DNA of 64,000 nucleotides, taken from NCBI GenBank assembly GCA_963823665.1, contig CAWGMQ010000012.1, positions 32,001 through 96,000 on the forward strand, written 5' to 3'. Positions within the stretch are counted from its first letter, which is position 1; every line of letters begins with the position of its first letter. The notes beneath the pieces were generated by a model, which was not told the DNA's origin, ran no database searches, and saw nothing but the letters and a program-made list of their open reading frames with translations. This document shows, piece by piece, positions 31,676 through 43,744 of this stretch. The position numbers and the translations under genes were made by a program. This DNA is from an uncultured Planctomycetota bacterium (GTDB taxonomy: Bacteria; Planctomycetota; Planctomycetia; Isosphaerales; Isosphaeraceae).

Positions 31676-32134
31676 ATGAAATCAATCACCGCAACGAATT
31701 ATCAGAAAGACAAACTTTATCCCGCGGTCGCGCGGGCCGTTGCGGAAATCCTCCAAACGACGAACGTGGTCACTCCGGTCGAGTTGCTGCTGCGCTTGCA
31801 GCGGATCACGAAAGCGCAGTGCGAGGATTGGCGGTTCGGACGCATCCCCTATCTGGAGCGCGTCTGCGTTGGGAACCTCTCCAAGCTCTCCGTCATCCTG
31901 CGGCTTCTTGACTACCACGCCCGAACTATCGGATTGAAACCGTCGCAAACCATATATCATAAATGGGGCCGCGGTGGTAAACATATCGTGCTTCGTTTCT
32001 CGAAGAGCGGTGCACCGGCGCTGGAGGCGGCGTACGCCCGGCACTACGTGGCGACGGACCGGCTGAAGAAAGGCGACGGCGATCAAGCTCGTGGCGAGCA
32101 TCTTCGCGTCGAACGTGGTCCAGGATCGCTCTGA
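31676..32134 (+). CDS. conserved hypothetical protein
   Basis: VVTPVELL...EDWRFGRIPYLERVCVGNLSKLS...LKPSQTIY...LRFSKSG..LEAAYARHY reads as a real protein, but its function is unknown. Confidence 0.7.
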   Translation: MKSITATNYQKDKLYPAVARAVAEILQTTNVVTPVELLLRLQRITKAQCEDWRFGRIPYLERVCVGNLSKLSVILRLLDYHARTIGLKPSQTIYHKWGRGGKHIVLRFSKSGAPALEAAYARHYVATDRLKKGDGDQARGEHLRVERGPGSL

Positions 32135-32400
32135 CCCAAGGCACCCATCGCGAAGCCGAGGTGGTGAAGAGCGCCGGCGTGGAGATCGGTGATTGACAAT
32201 GAGGTCAGGCGTCCGCCGAGGTTCGACGAGTTCCTGTCATCACGAGAAACCAACAACGCGGCCGCCCTCGCCGAAGCGGCGCATCTCGTTTCCATGATTA
32301 AAATTCCGGGAATGTTGGAAGAAAAGGCCGTCCGGACGACATGATAAGGACGAGCCTTGTACGCGAGGATGAGATTGGACGCCGGTAAAGGATCATCACA

Positions 32401-34611
32401 ATGTCGATGCTAAGAAGATGCGCGGGCGACGCCAGCCTTGCAATGCTGTTCCGCTTCGGCGCAACCGGTGCCCTCAGCGACCTTGAGCTGCTGGCGCGGT
32501 TTACCGCCAAGAACGACCGCGACGTATCCGAGGCGGCCTTTGCCGCGCTCGTCGCGCGACATGGCCGGATGGTCCAAGGGGTCTGCCGGCGGATCCTCGG
32601 TGACGATCACGACACGGATGACGCTTTCCAGGCGACGTTTCTGATCCTGGCTCGCAAGGCCACGTCGGTGCGAGTGGAGGATTCGCTGGGACGCTGGCTG
32701 CACGGGGTCAGCGTGCGAGTCGCTCGCCGCGCAAGGGCGATTGCCATCGCGCACCGTCGCCGTGCCCAGCCGCTCGACCGGATCGATCCGTCCGATGTTC
32801 CCAGCGCGTCGAACGCCATGGAACGCGAAGAGTTCCGGTCGGTAATCGATGACGAGATCGCGCGGTTGCCGGCGCGATATCGTTCGGTCATCGTCCTTTG
32901 CTGCTTGGAAGGGGCTAGCGACGAGATGGCGGCGCACCGGCTCCGTTGCCCGGTCGGAACGATCCACAGCCGGCTGCACCGTGCCCGTGAACGATTGCGC
33001 ATCCGGCTCAAAAGTCGCGGGCTTACCCTCGGCGTCGGCACGCTCGCGGCGCTCGCCGATCGATCGTCTCCCGCGGCGGCCATTTCTCGAGGACTGGTGT
33101 CATCCACGGCCAATGCCGCGGTGGGTCTTGTATCTGGCAAATCAACTGCCGGGATTGTTCCGGCCACCGCCCTCGCGCTGGCGGATTCTGCACACAACAG
33201 CATGTTCTTGATGCGTGCGGCACTCGTGGCTGCGTCGGCCCTCATTGTCTTCGAACTCGCCGCGCCTGGTCTGGGCGCTCGAGCGCTGCAGAATCAAGTT
33301 CCAACGCCCGAGACCGGCACGTCGCCAAGGGCGAACGGCGATTCATCGAGCCGTAAGCCCGCGCCGAAAACCGCGACTCTCGAAGAACGCTATCATGCAC
33401 TTGAGAAGGAATTCGAGGCGAAGAATAACGCTTACACGAATGAATATCGACGGTTGACAGCGAGCGCCACGAGTATCGACGACCACCGCAAGGCCGCCCA
33501 GCAGATCAAGTTTCCCCCTCCGGACTACCTCGCCTACACCATGCGGTTCCTGGCGCTGGCGCGGGAACAACCCGATCATCCGGCCGCGGGTGATGCCGCG
33601 TATTATGCCCACCAGATTGTTTTCAAGGTGGAGCAGTTGCACCCTCTCCCGGAAGATCGAGACAGCAAAGCCTACTGGGCCAAATACTGGCAACCCTACG
33701 TCCTTGCTCTCACTCTGCTGCGCGAGCATCACGCTGCCAGCCCCAAGATGGCGGGGTACCTCCAGCAGATCGGTCTTTTTGCGGGCCCTGAGACCGAGGC
33801 TCTGTTTCGAGCCGTCCTGGCCAAGAACCCGTCGCAGACGGCGAGAGGACACGCCCTGCAAGGGCTGGCGCACGCCCTTGCCGTCAAGTCCCAGACCGCC
33901 CAGTCGCTGCTGGAACACCCTGAAACGAAGAAGGAGCTGGAGGTCCGTGGTGGCGATCGAGTCATCCGTTGGGCCGTCGGGCAAGACGCAGCCGCTCTGA
34001 TGGTCGAGGCAACGGCGTTGCACGAGCGAGTTCTCAAGGAGTTTTCGGACGTTCGCTTGTTTCCCGATTATCCCAATGACAAGAAAACCATCGCCCGGAC
34101 GTCTCAAGATTGGCTGGCGAACCATCGCCAATCCGTCGTTGGCACTCCGGCCCCGGAGATCGACGGGACCGACCTTGACGGCAAACGTTTCAAGCTGAGC
34201 GACTTCCGCGGCAAGACCGTCGTCCTCGTCTTCTGGGCAAGCTGGTGTGGCCCATGCTTGCAAGAAATCCCCCACGAGAAAGAGCTGGCCAGGCGATTTG
34301 AAGGCAAGCCGTTCGTGATCCTCGGAGTCAACCGCGACTACACCAAGGAAAGAGCCAGGGCCGTGGTGGAGAAGGTGCAGATTACGTGGCCCAACTGGTA
34401 TGACGGCGACGACAGTGGTCAGGATGGGATCGCCGCCTCGTACCATATCCAGGAAATCCCGGCGGTTTACGTGCTTGATGGAGACGGGATCATCCGATTC
34501 AAGGACGTGCGGGGCGAGGCACTGGATCGAGCGGTCGAGGAAGTCTTGAAGAGACCGGCAGCGCCGACACGGGATGCGCGGAACGCGATTCGGGGGCCGC
34601 GATCGCGTTGA
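32401..34611 (+). CDS. ECF sigma-70 factor fused to a C-terminal TlpA/thioredoxin-like domain
   Basis: SDLELLARF..SEAAFAALVARHGRMV..DDAFQATFLILARKA and CPVGTIHSRLHRAR, a hydrophobic segment, then APEIDGTDLDGKRFKLSDFRGKTVVLVFWASWCGPC. The 736-aa ORF is intact. Confidence 0.92.
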   Translation: MSMLRRCAGDASLAMLFRFGATGALSDLELLARFTAKNDRDVSEAAFAALVARHGRMVQGVCRRILGDDHDTDDAFQATFLILARKATSVRVEDSLGRWLHGVSVRVARRARAIAIAHRRRAQPLDRIDPSDVPSASNAMEREEFRSVIDDEIARLPARYRSVIVLCCLEGASDEMAAHRLRCPVGTIHSRLHRARERLRIRLKSRGLTLGVGTLAALADRSSPAAAISRGLVSSTANAAVGLVSGKSTAGIVPATALALADSAHNSMFLMRAALVAASALIVFELAAPGLGARALQNQVPTPETGTSPRANGDSSSRKPAPKTATLEERYHALEKEFEAKNNAYTNEYRRLTASATSIDDHRKAAQQIKFPPPDYLAYTMRFLALAREQPDHPAAGDAAYYAHQIVFKVEQLHPLPEDRDSKAYWAKYWQPYVLALTLLREHHAASPKMAGYLQQIGLFAGPETEALFRAVLAKNPSQTARGHALQGLAHALAVKSQTAQSLLEHPETKKELEVRGGDRVIRWAVGQDAAALMVEATALHERVLKEFSDVRLFPDYPNDKKTIARTSQDWLANHRQSVVGTPAPEIDGTDLDGKRFKLSDFRGKTVVLVFWASWCGPCLQEIPHEKELARRFEGKPFVILGVNRDYTKERARAVVEKVQITWPNWYDGDDSGQDGIAASYHIQEIPAVYVLDGDGIIRFKDVRGEALDRAVEEVLKRPAAPTRDARNAIRGPRSR

Positions 34612-34823
34612 TCGTTGCATCCGTTGCAAGCCGGATAAAAATCCCAGGTTTTCTGGTCGACGAAATGGCCGAAACAGGAAAGTGGATCCATAATATACAT
34701 AGCTCAGTCTCGATCGCTGACACCGGAGTCGGCGTGAGGCACCACCCATGTCTCTGGAACCGGGAATGACTGCTTCGTTTGCTCGAGCGCGTGCTCGAAG
34801 GACTCGGCTCGGCCTGGCCACGC

Positions 34824-34942
34824 CTGTGCAGTGGGCAAAACGCGGCCGGACTGCGCTTGTAAACGGGTGGCGAGTCGTGGGTGGCGGGTGGCGGGAGGCT
34901 GTGCAGTGGGAAAAACGGGGCCGGACTGCGTGTGTAAAGGGG
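34824..34942. repeat. imperfect direct repeat, 2 x 44 bp
   Basis: CTGTGCAGTGGGCAAAACGCGGCCGGACTGCGCTTGTAAACGGG (34824-34867) versus the copy at 34899-34942, with 5 mismatches. Confidence 0.85.
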
Positions 34943-35236
34943 GATTGGTGCGCGACGAAATCCCCCCGAATTCTGAGCTGTGCCGGGCGTGGACAGGTCT
35001 GGACCACGGCCCGGGTGAGTTTTCACCTGTTGGGCCGCGGGATCACGGAGCGGGATTGGTGGCGTTATCCTCTTTGGCTATCAGGATTTCCGTGCTGGTC
35101 CAGGGCGTTCCGGCCAGCCATCGGACGGGGCTCAAGAAATCAAGCCAGATGAGACTTTTTCAGGGTCAAGAGTCCCATCTAGTTCCATTTAGGGCGCTCG
35201 ATGGAGAGCGGATCGCAGTGACCGGCGCTGCCGGGC

Positions 35237-35392
35237 GCTGTTCCCGTAATCCTTGTGGCGTAAGGGTGCGCGGCGAATGTACAAAACGACGTCCGGCCTG
35301 GTTCAAGCGCCGCTACCAGTCAGACCGGCACAAACCGGAGCTGTTCCCTTAATCCTTGTGGCGTAAAGACACGCGACAAATCTACAAAACGA
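35237..35392. repeat. imperfect direct repeat, 2 x ~53 bp
   Basis: GCTGTTCCC.TAATCCTTGTGGCGTAA...TACAAAACGA at 35237-35289 and 35340-35392. Confidence 0.8.
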
Positions 35393-35453
35393 ACTCGCCC
35401 CGGGGCGGAGGCCGAAAGAAGGACGCTCATGCCGGCACTGTCGGGCTGGGGTG

Positions 35454-35475
35454 GTCAGGCTCAAGCCTGACCTAC
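35454..35475 (-). repeat. GTAG-type REP-like palindrome
   Basis: Minus strand reads GTAG-GTCAGGC-TTGA-GCCTGAC. Confidence 0.65.
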
Positions 35476-35506
35476 ACATACGAGCTTGCTCCGGTCGCGG
35501 TCGTCG

Positions 35507-35579
35507 CGTTCCAGGGGCTGACGCACCGTGGCTACGTGCTCTCGCCCCCTCCGGGGGCCGAAAACGTAAGGTCGCGGGT
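35507..35579 (-). repeat. REP-like dispersed repeat, copy 1 (inverted copy at 60901-60974)
   Basis: Near-identical to the reverse complement of 60901-60974. It contains a GTAG + hairpin and a GCCCCC-GGA-GGGGGC hairpin. Confidence 0.85.
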
Positions 35580-35779
35580 TTGTCGAAGCGATCGTTCTCG
35601 TCACGCCTCGACACGCTCTCGACACGCCATCGACACGCACTTAACCTCTGTTTTGAGAAGCGGTTCTGGCGAAAAACGGGCGAAAATCGTGAACATTGTG
35701 AAACATCCTCGACACGCGTAAGTCTTTGCGCAGGAAGGATATGACGAGAATGCGGCGATTTTCGTGGTTTGGTTCTTTT

Positions 35780-37408
35780 TTATACGCCCTTTTGTTCGTC
35801 ATTCATGGACGTGGTGCCCAGGATTTCCATTGCGGCATTGCGGCCGTTGATGGCGATCACACTGCCGCCGGGGTAGGTGCAGGCGCCGCACAGGAAGAGG
35901 CCAGGCATCGGGGTGCGCGGGGCGAAGCGGCGGTCCCACATGTTGCCGGGGAGGCATTCGCCCTGGAAGATGTGGCCGCCCGAAAGGCCTACTTCACGCT
36001 CGATATCGGGCGGGCCCAGGACCTGGGCGTCGATCACGGCTTCCGGGATGTTCTCGCAGAAACGAGCGATCGAGCGGATGGCCAGGTCGCGCACTTCATC
36101 CCGGTGAGTGTTCCAATCGCCGAGGGCAAACGTGTGGGGGACGTACTGGGCGAAGACGCTCATGGTGTGGATGCCGGGCGGGGCCACGGTCGAGTCGTGG
36201 GCGGTTTGAAAATAAAGCTCGCACCAGAGCCGCTCGGGCAGGCGGCCGGCGCGGGCGGCCTCGTAGCCGGATTGCCATTGGGCCTTCGAGAGGGGCGTGT
36301 TGATTTGCCCGAGGTGGTGCGGCATGCGGGTTCCGGGGCGAGCCTTGAAGCTGGGCAGCTCCTTGAGCGCCAGGTTCAGCTTCACGGTGCAGCCGGTTTG
36401 GGGGATTTCCAGCACGCGGTCTCGCCATTTCTGGTCGGCGGCGTCGCCGAGCATTGCGAGGGTCGTCCGCGGATCGGCATTCGAGACGACGCACGATGCC
36501 GAAACTCGCTCGCCGCCGGCGAGCTCGACGCCGGCGCCAGGGATGATGCGGGCGACCGGGATGCCGGTGTGCACAACGGCGCCCGAGTTGCGCGCGATGT
36601 CGCAGAGAATGAAAGAAACCATACCCATCCCGCCCTGGACGTAGCCCCACATTCCGGGGGTTCCCCCCTGCCGGCCCGACTGGTGGTGAAAGTGGATCGA
36701 GGCCGTCCCGGGATCGTGGGGGCTGGCGAAAGTGCCGATGACGCCCTGGCCCAGATAGGCTGACTGGAGGCGGAGGTCTGAGAGGAAATGCTCCACGTAT
36801 TCGACCATCGACCAATTGAAGAGCACGTTGCGAGCTTCGTCGTCGTTTCCCAGCCGGCGCTCGAGCTCGGCGCGGCTGGGGGCGCGGCCGATCCAGAGAT
36901 CGTCTCGACCGGAGGGGCGAAGGGCGTCGCGGAGCCGGCGCTTGACGTCGCTGAAGGCTCGCCAGCCTTTCAGGTCGCCGGGCGCGAGCTTTGCGACTTC
37001 AGCATCGCAGAGGGCGTCGTCGTCCCAGAGCTGGATGCTCGAGCCGTCATCAAAGGGAACGAACATGCCGGCAGTGGCCGGGGTCCAGCGGAAGCCGTAG
37101 TCGGCCATCGCGAGCTCGTCGATCACCAGCGGGTGCAACAGCCCGGCCAGATAGGCGCAGGGGGAGATCCGATGGCCTGGCCAGACTTCATGCAAGGTGC
37201 AGGCGCCGCCGACTCGCTCACGGGCTTCGAGGACGAGCACTGATTTGCCGGCGCGGGCCAGGTAGGCGGCGCACGCCAATCCGTTGTGACCGGCGCCAAT
37301 AACGAGCACATCCCATTTCTTCTGGAGGGTTTCCCTGACCGTGCCGGTTGGCTCGAGCTTTCCCAGATTCGCCGCTGCGGGGATGTGACCGTTCTTCGTC
37401 GTCTGCAT
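35780..37408 (-). CDS. phytoene dehydrogenase-like FAD-dependent oxidoreductase
   Basis: DVLVIGAGHNGLACAAYLARAG..VLEARERVGG, GYVQGGMG, GGHIFQGE, GLFLCGACTYPGGSV..INGRNAA. Confidence 0.9.
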   Translation of the reverse strand: MQTTKNGHIPAAANLGKLEPTGTVRETLQKKWDVLVIGAGHNGLACAAYLARAGKSVLVLEARERVGGACTLHEVWPGHRISPCAYLAGLLHPLVIDELAMADYGFRWTPATAGMFVPFDDGSSIQLWDDDALCDAEVAKLAPGDLKGWRAFSDVKRRLRDALRPSGRDDLWIGRAPSRAELERRLGNDDEARNVLFNWSMVEYVEHFLSDLRLQSAYLGQGVIGTFASPHDPGTASIHFHHQSGRQGGTPGMWGYVQGGMGMVSFILCDIARNSGAVVHTGIPVARIIPGAGVELAGGERVSASCVVSNADPRTTLAMLGDAADQKWRDRVLEIPQTGCTVKLNLALKELPSFKARPGTRMPHHLGQINTPLSKAQWQSGYEAARAGRLPERLWCELYFQTAHDSTVAPPGIHTMSVFAQYVPHTFALGDWNTHRDEVRDLAIRSIARFCENIPEAVIDAQVLGPPDIEREVGLSGGHIFQGECLPGNMWDRRFAPRTPMPGLFLCGACTYPGGSVIAINGRNAAMEILGTTSMNDEQKGV

Positions 37409-37539
37409 CGTGGCTGCTCCGTTCTTCCGCAGTGCTTCGCGCCAACGCGGCGGGCGTTGATTGTATCTTGCCGCATGGGGACGTCATAATCGAGTTTGCG
37501 GGTCGCGGCCGATCCACGTGAATCAAGAGGCGCAGAGCG

Positions 37540-38578
37540 ATGGCGATAGCCGGTGCGGTGGTGAGTCGAGTATCCGACCTGGTCGACGGCCAGGAGGCGG
37601 TCTGCTTCGCGGCGCTGGTGCGGAAGTCGCGAGGGGTGACGAAGTCGAACAAGCCTTACCTCAAGTGTGTCTTTCGCGACAAGCGGGCCGAGGTGGAAGC
37701 GGCACTCTGGCACGACAGCCGGTGCTATCAGGACGCGGATTCATGGGTCGAGGGCAACGCGTACCGGCTGCATGTGCAATGCCGGCACGACGTGCGATTC
37801 GGTCTCCAGCTCGACATCCTGTCGGCCCGTCCGGCGACCGATGCCGACGCGGCCGACGGCTACGACTTTTTCGACCTGGTGCCCAGCAGCAAGATTCCGC
37901 CGGAAGAGCTTCTGGAGAAGCTCGACGTGCTGATCGATCGCTCGATCGACAGAAGGGCCGCTCAAGACCATGGTGCGCAACATCCTTGCGGAGAACCACG
38001 CGCTCTTCGTGCGGATGCCGGCAGCCCAGAACATGCACCATTCATACACGTCGGGCCTGCTCGAGCACGTCTGGAGCATGACGAGGATCGCCAGCTTCCT
38101 GGCGGACCATTACGCCAAGTACTATGACGGTCTCGATCCGCCGCTGAACCGCGGCTTGATTGTCGCGGCCGCGATTCTGCACGATATCGGCAAGCTGCGC
38201 GAGCTGGAGTATCATCCGGTCGAGGCGAAGTACACCAAGGAAGGGACATTGATCGGGCACGTGCTGATGGGCCGCGACATGGTGCGAGAAGCGGCGGCGA
38301 AGATCGACGGGTTTCCGGAAGAGCTGCTGCTGTGCCTGGAGCACGCGATCCTGGCACATCACGGCAAGCGGGAATTCGGTGCTCCGGTACCCCCGGCCAC
38401 GCTGGAGGCGCTGATTGTTTCGTTCGTCGACGATCTGGATGCCAAGGTCAATATGGTGGCGCAGAAGCTGATGGATCCGCAGAATGGCGAGGCGTTCACG
38501 GACAAGATCTTTGCGCTCGATAATCGCAAGTTTTACCGCGGGATATCCGAGGACGGACCGGGCGAAGCGGTGCGCTAA
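37540..38578 (+). CDS. YhaM-like 3'-5' exoribonuclease (OB fold + HD domain); frameshift near 37955
   Basis: KPYLKCVFRDK..EAALW, PAAQNMHHSYTSGLLEH, AILHDIGK, LIGHV, HAILAHHG, DDLDAK. Confidence 0.88.
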
Positions 38579-38698
38579 GCGGCTTTCCTCCAAACGGGTT
38601 CCAAGCAGCCTTGGCGGCTCGGACGTGGGGTGGGTAGAATTGGGGTCGCCGTTGGGAGAGCGTTTTTGTTTGCTTAAACATTTCGCGAGCGACCTGCG

Positions 38699-39235
38699 AT
38701 GAACATCAAGACGAAATCATTCGGTGCGATTGTGATACTGGGTTCCCTGGTGGGATGTGCCGGCGACGAAGGCACGTCACCGTCAGCGGCCGAGCCGAGC
38801 CCGGGGCAGAGTCCGGTCCGGAAGCCGGGCCCGATGGTCAAGAAGAATGACGAACCGGCCGCAAAGCCGGGCGATGGCAAGATGGAGGCACCGAGCGCGG
38901 TCCCGACTGCTGCTCCGGCCCCCAAGGCGAACGAGGCCCCGAAGATCGAGGGGCCGAGCAAGACCGATACCTCCAAGCCGGCCGGCTCGGGCGTGAAGCT
39001 CTGCGCCAAGGAACTTGCGGACATCAAGGAACTGCCCCAAGCTGATCAGGACGCGGCTATCGCGCAGGCTGTTTGCCCGGTGAGCACCCACCACCTGGGG
39101 TCGATGGGCAAGCCGATGAAGGTCACGGCGGAGGGCCGAACATTCTACATCTGCTGTGACGGTTGCGAGGAAGATGTCAAGACAAAGGGCAAGGAGATTG
39201 TGGCCAAGCTCGACAAGCAGAAGGCAGGCGACTGA
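38699..39235 (+). CDS. lipoprotein with C-terminal YHS/TRASH-like Cys-rich domain
   Basis: Lipobox LVGC, a P/A/K-rich linker, then QAVCPVS..LGSMGKP..FYICCDGC. Confidence 0.75.
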   Translation: MNIKTKSFGAIVILGSLVGCAGDEGTSPSAAEPSPGQSPVRKPGPMVKKNDEPAAKPGDGKMEAPSAVPTAAPAPKANEAPKIEGPSKTDTSKPAGSGVKLCAKELADIKELPQADQDAAIAQAVCPVSTHHLGSMGKPMKVTAEGRTFYICCDGCEEDVKTKGKEIVAKLDKQKAGD

Positions 39236-39520
39236 CCACAGTTTTGCGAGGCTGATAAGATATGCGGCCCCCGAGACGATGTCTCGCCGGGGCCGCTCGT
39301 ATTTAGCCGGCTGCCCAGCCCTGGAAGATCCGTTCTTCACACGATATACTTTTCCCCAACGTGAACCGGGAAGGATCGTGCACCCCCAAGGATTCCCGGG
39401 GCACCGGCCTGCGGCCAATCCAGGATCGGCGTCTCTCCCACGCTACGTCCAGATCGAATCTGCATTCCGTGTGTGAAGCTTGAACTACTCATCCGTCGTT
39501 GCGTGCATTGGAGAATCCTC

Positions 39521-41707
<2,187 letters not shown>

Positions 41708-41754
41708 AGCGATTGCGCTCGGATGAAGTTCGGGGCAGCAGATGCCGGGACGCA

Positions 41755-41778
41755 CTTTCGCGGAGCGAAAGGCGACTA
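41755..41778. repeat. short REP-like palindrome between glnA and GDPD
   Basis: CTTTCGC-GGA-GCGAAAG (41755-41771) followed by GCGACTA. Confidence 0.55.
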
Positions 41779-42764
41779 TGAGAACGCCGCCTGTGGATTC
41801 TCGGCCAAGCTGCTGCCCCAATCGATTCCTGGCGATCTTGCTTGAGGCACGGGCGCATCCGGTCATCATTGCCCATCGCGGCGATTCGTTCCGGGCGCCT
41901 GAGAACACTCTCGAGGCCGCAGAACTGGGCTTTCAATCCGGCGCAGCGGCGTGGGAGCTTGACGTTCAGCTCACGCGCGACGGCGTGCCGGTTGTTCTGC
42001 ATGATGAGTCGCTGCTGCGAACGACCGACGTTGCCGAACGGTTCGCCGGTGATCCCCGGGCCGGCGATGGCTTTCGAGTTTCGGATTTCGATTTCGACGA
42101 GGTTCGATCGCTCGACGCGGGCTCATGGTTTATTTCCGCGCGGGGCGGTCCGCGGTCCGCTCGCGAGTTCGGCAGCTTGGGGCAGATCAAGCCTTCCCAC
42201 CTGAGTCGATACGTCTCGGGAGGAGTCAAGATCCCCACGCTTGCCGAGGCATTGGCGTTCACGCGAGAACACGATTGGCTTGTCAACGTGGAGATCAAGT
42301 CGTTTCCGGAACGGCCGCGGTCGTCGGTCGAGCCGATCTTGCGGGTCATCGCCGAGACCGAAACTGCCTCTCGCGTGTTGATTTCTTCGTTTGATCATCG
42401 CGACGTCGCCGCTGCGAACGTGGCAGGACGAGCATATGCTCTCGGCATCCTGGCCATGACTCCGCTCCATCAGGTCTTGCGTTACACCCGCGAGCTCGTC
42501 GGTGCCGAGACGGTCCACGTGTCGACGGATGTCGTCGGTTGCGAGACGGTTGAGTATCGAACGCGTCGCTCGCCGGTTTCGCTCGAGGGGGAGCTGGTCG
42601 CAGAGCTCTCTCGCGGCGGGGTGCCGACTCTGGTGTATACCGTGAACGATAAGGGACCGGGGAGCCTTGCGGAAGACCTCGCGGCCATCGGCGTTGCGGG
42701 GCTTTTCACGGATGATCCTATGGGGCTGGCCACGAGCTTTTCATCGCGGCTGCCGACGGCGTGA
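41778..42764 (+). CDS. glycerophosphodiester phosphodiesterase family protein
   Basis: IIAHRG..APENTL, WELDVQLTRDGVPVVLHD, IPTLAE, NVEIK, SSFD, YTVND, GLFTDDP. The start is uncertain. Confidence 0.92.
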   Translation: MRTPPVDSRPSCCPNRFLAILLEARAHPVIIAHRGDSFRAPENTLEAAELGFQSGAAAWELDVQLTRDGVPVVLHDESLLRTTDVAERFAGDPRAGDGFRVSDFDFDEVRSLDAGSWFISARGGPRSAREFGSLGQIKPSHLSRYVSGGVKIPTLAEALAFTREHDWLVNVEIKSFPERPRSSVEPILRVIAETETASRVLISSFDHRDVAAANVAGRAYALGILAMTPLHQVLRYTRELVGAETVHVSTDVVGCETVEYRTRRSPVSLEGELVAELSRGGVPTLVYTVNDKGPGSLAEDLAAIGVAGLFTDDPMGLATSFSSRLPTA

Positions 42765-43734
42765 TCGGCCTCGGGGCGGACGAAGCGGCCGGCTCGATCA
42801 CTCGTGGCAGTCCAAGGGCGTCGGAAATGGCGTTCATCTGGCTCCTCACCGGACGCCACTTCGCCTCAAGGCCAGCATGCCGTGGCAGATTCAGCAGCCG
42901 GCCTTCGGCTCGCCACAGGTTGCGCCGGGCATCGCGAAATGAAATCCGAGTTTCTTCGACCGACGGGTCGAGGGAAAGCAGCCGGCAGAATCTCTGGAGG
43001 CGTTCGAGCGTGCCGGCGAGATCCGCGATCAGGGCATCGTGCTCGGGGCGGCCGTGGCCGGCAGCACCGAGTGTGGCGATCAGGTCGACCAGCAGGTTGG
43101 CGGCGATTTGCGCCTGGCGACGGAGGGAAGCGGGGCTGGCCAAAGCCTGGGCAGGCGGAGCCTGGCTCGAGGCGTTCGATTCCAGTGTTTCCACGAGCGA
43201 ATCGACGTGTCCGAGGAGCCGCGAGAAAGACTGGAGATCGGATGCCGCGCGACCGGAAAGGCCCGGGAGGACGCCGAGGGTCGACTGGACGCGGCGATGG
43301 CCGGCGCTCACGGCGGCGAGCAGGTCGCGCACTCGCTCGAGGCTCTCGAAGTCGTCCAGCGGAGCATTATTCACGTAATCGTAAAACGCCTGAGAATCGT
43401 TCCAGAGCGCCGTGATCTCTTGATCGAGCTCTTCGCCGCCCTGGCTGTCGGGCAGGTCGGCGCGCACGTTGACCAGCATCGAGATCGCGTTGAGGACGGC
43501 CAGACGTGCAAGTCGTGGAAGGTCGTCGGGGAGATATTCACCGGTTTGTGCGAGCCTGCTCAGCACGTTGGTTTCGACCGAGTCGCTGGCCGGCGCCTGC
43601 AAGGCCGGGAGGCGGTGCTGCATACCATCCTGAGCACGGGACGCGGGCGAGCCCGCGAGCACGATTAGCACCGCAATCGCCGGGATGAGGGTCCGGCGCT
43701 TTCTGCCCATGGAATTCGCGCGGGTCGTGGTCAT
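42718..43734 (-). CDS. hypothetical exported alpha-helical protein
   Basis: Signal-like RKRRTLIPAIAVLIVLAGSPASRA and a long helical ORF directly downstream of the M28 gene. Its 3' end overlaps the GDPD gene. Confidence 0.6.
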   Translation of the reverse strand: MTTTRANSMGRKRRTLIPAIAVLIVLAGSPASRAQDGMQHRLPALQAPASDSVETNVLSRLAQTGEYLPDDLPRLARLAVLNAISMLVNVRADLPDSQGGEELDQEITALWNDSQAFYDYVNNAPLDDFESLERVRDLLAAVSAGHRRVQSTLGVLPGLSGRAASDLQSFSRLLGHVDSLVETLESNASSQAPPAQALASPASLRRQAQIAANLLVDLIATLGAAGHGRPEHDALIADLAGTLERLQRFCRLLSLDPSVEETRISFRDARRNLWRAEGRLLNLPRHAGLEAKWRPVRSQMNAISDALGLPRVIEPAASSAPRPITPSAAAMKSSWPAP

Positions 43735-43744
43735 GTCCGTCAAT

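Noticed and set aside
34824..35392. Direct-repeat pairs considered as a mini CRISPR array
   Set aside because: Each has only two degenerate copies of 44-53 bp, the two repeat types differ, and no cas genes are present.
35780..37408. crtI / carotenoid biosynthesis assignment
   Set aside because: No crtB/crtE neighbours are present, and the motifs fit the broader phytoene-dehydrogenase-like oxidoreductase family.
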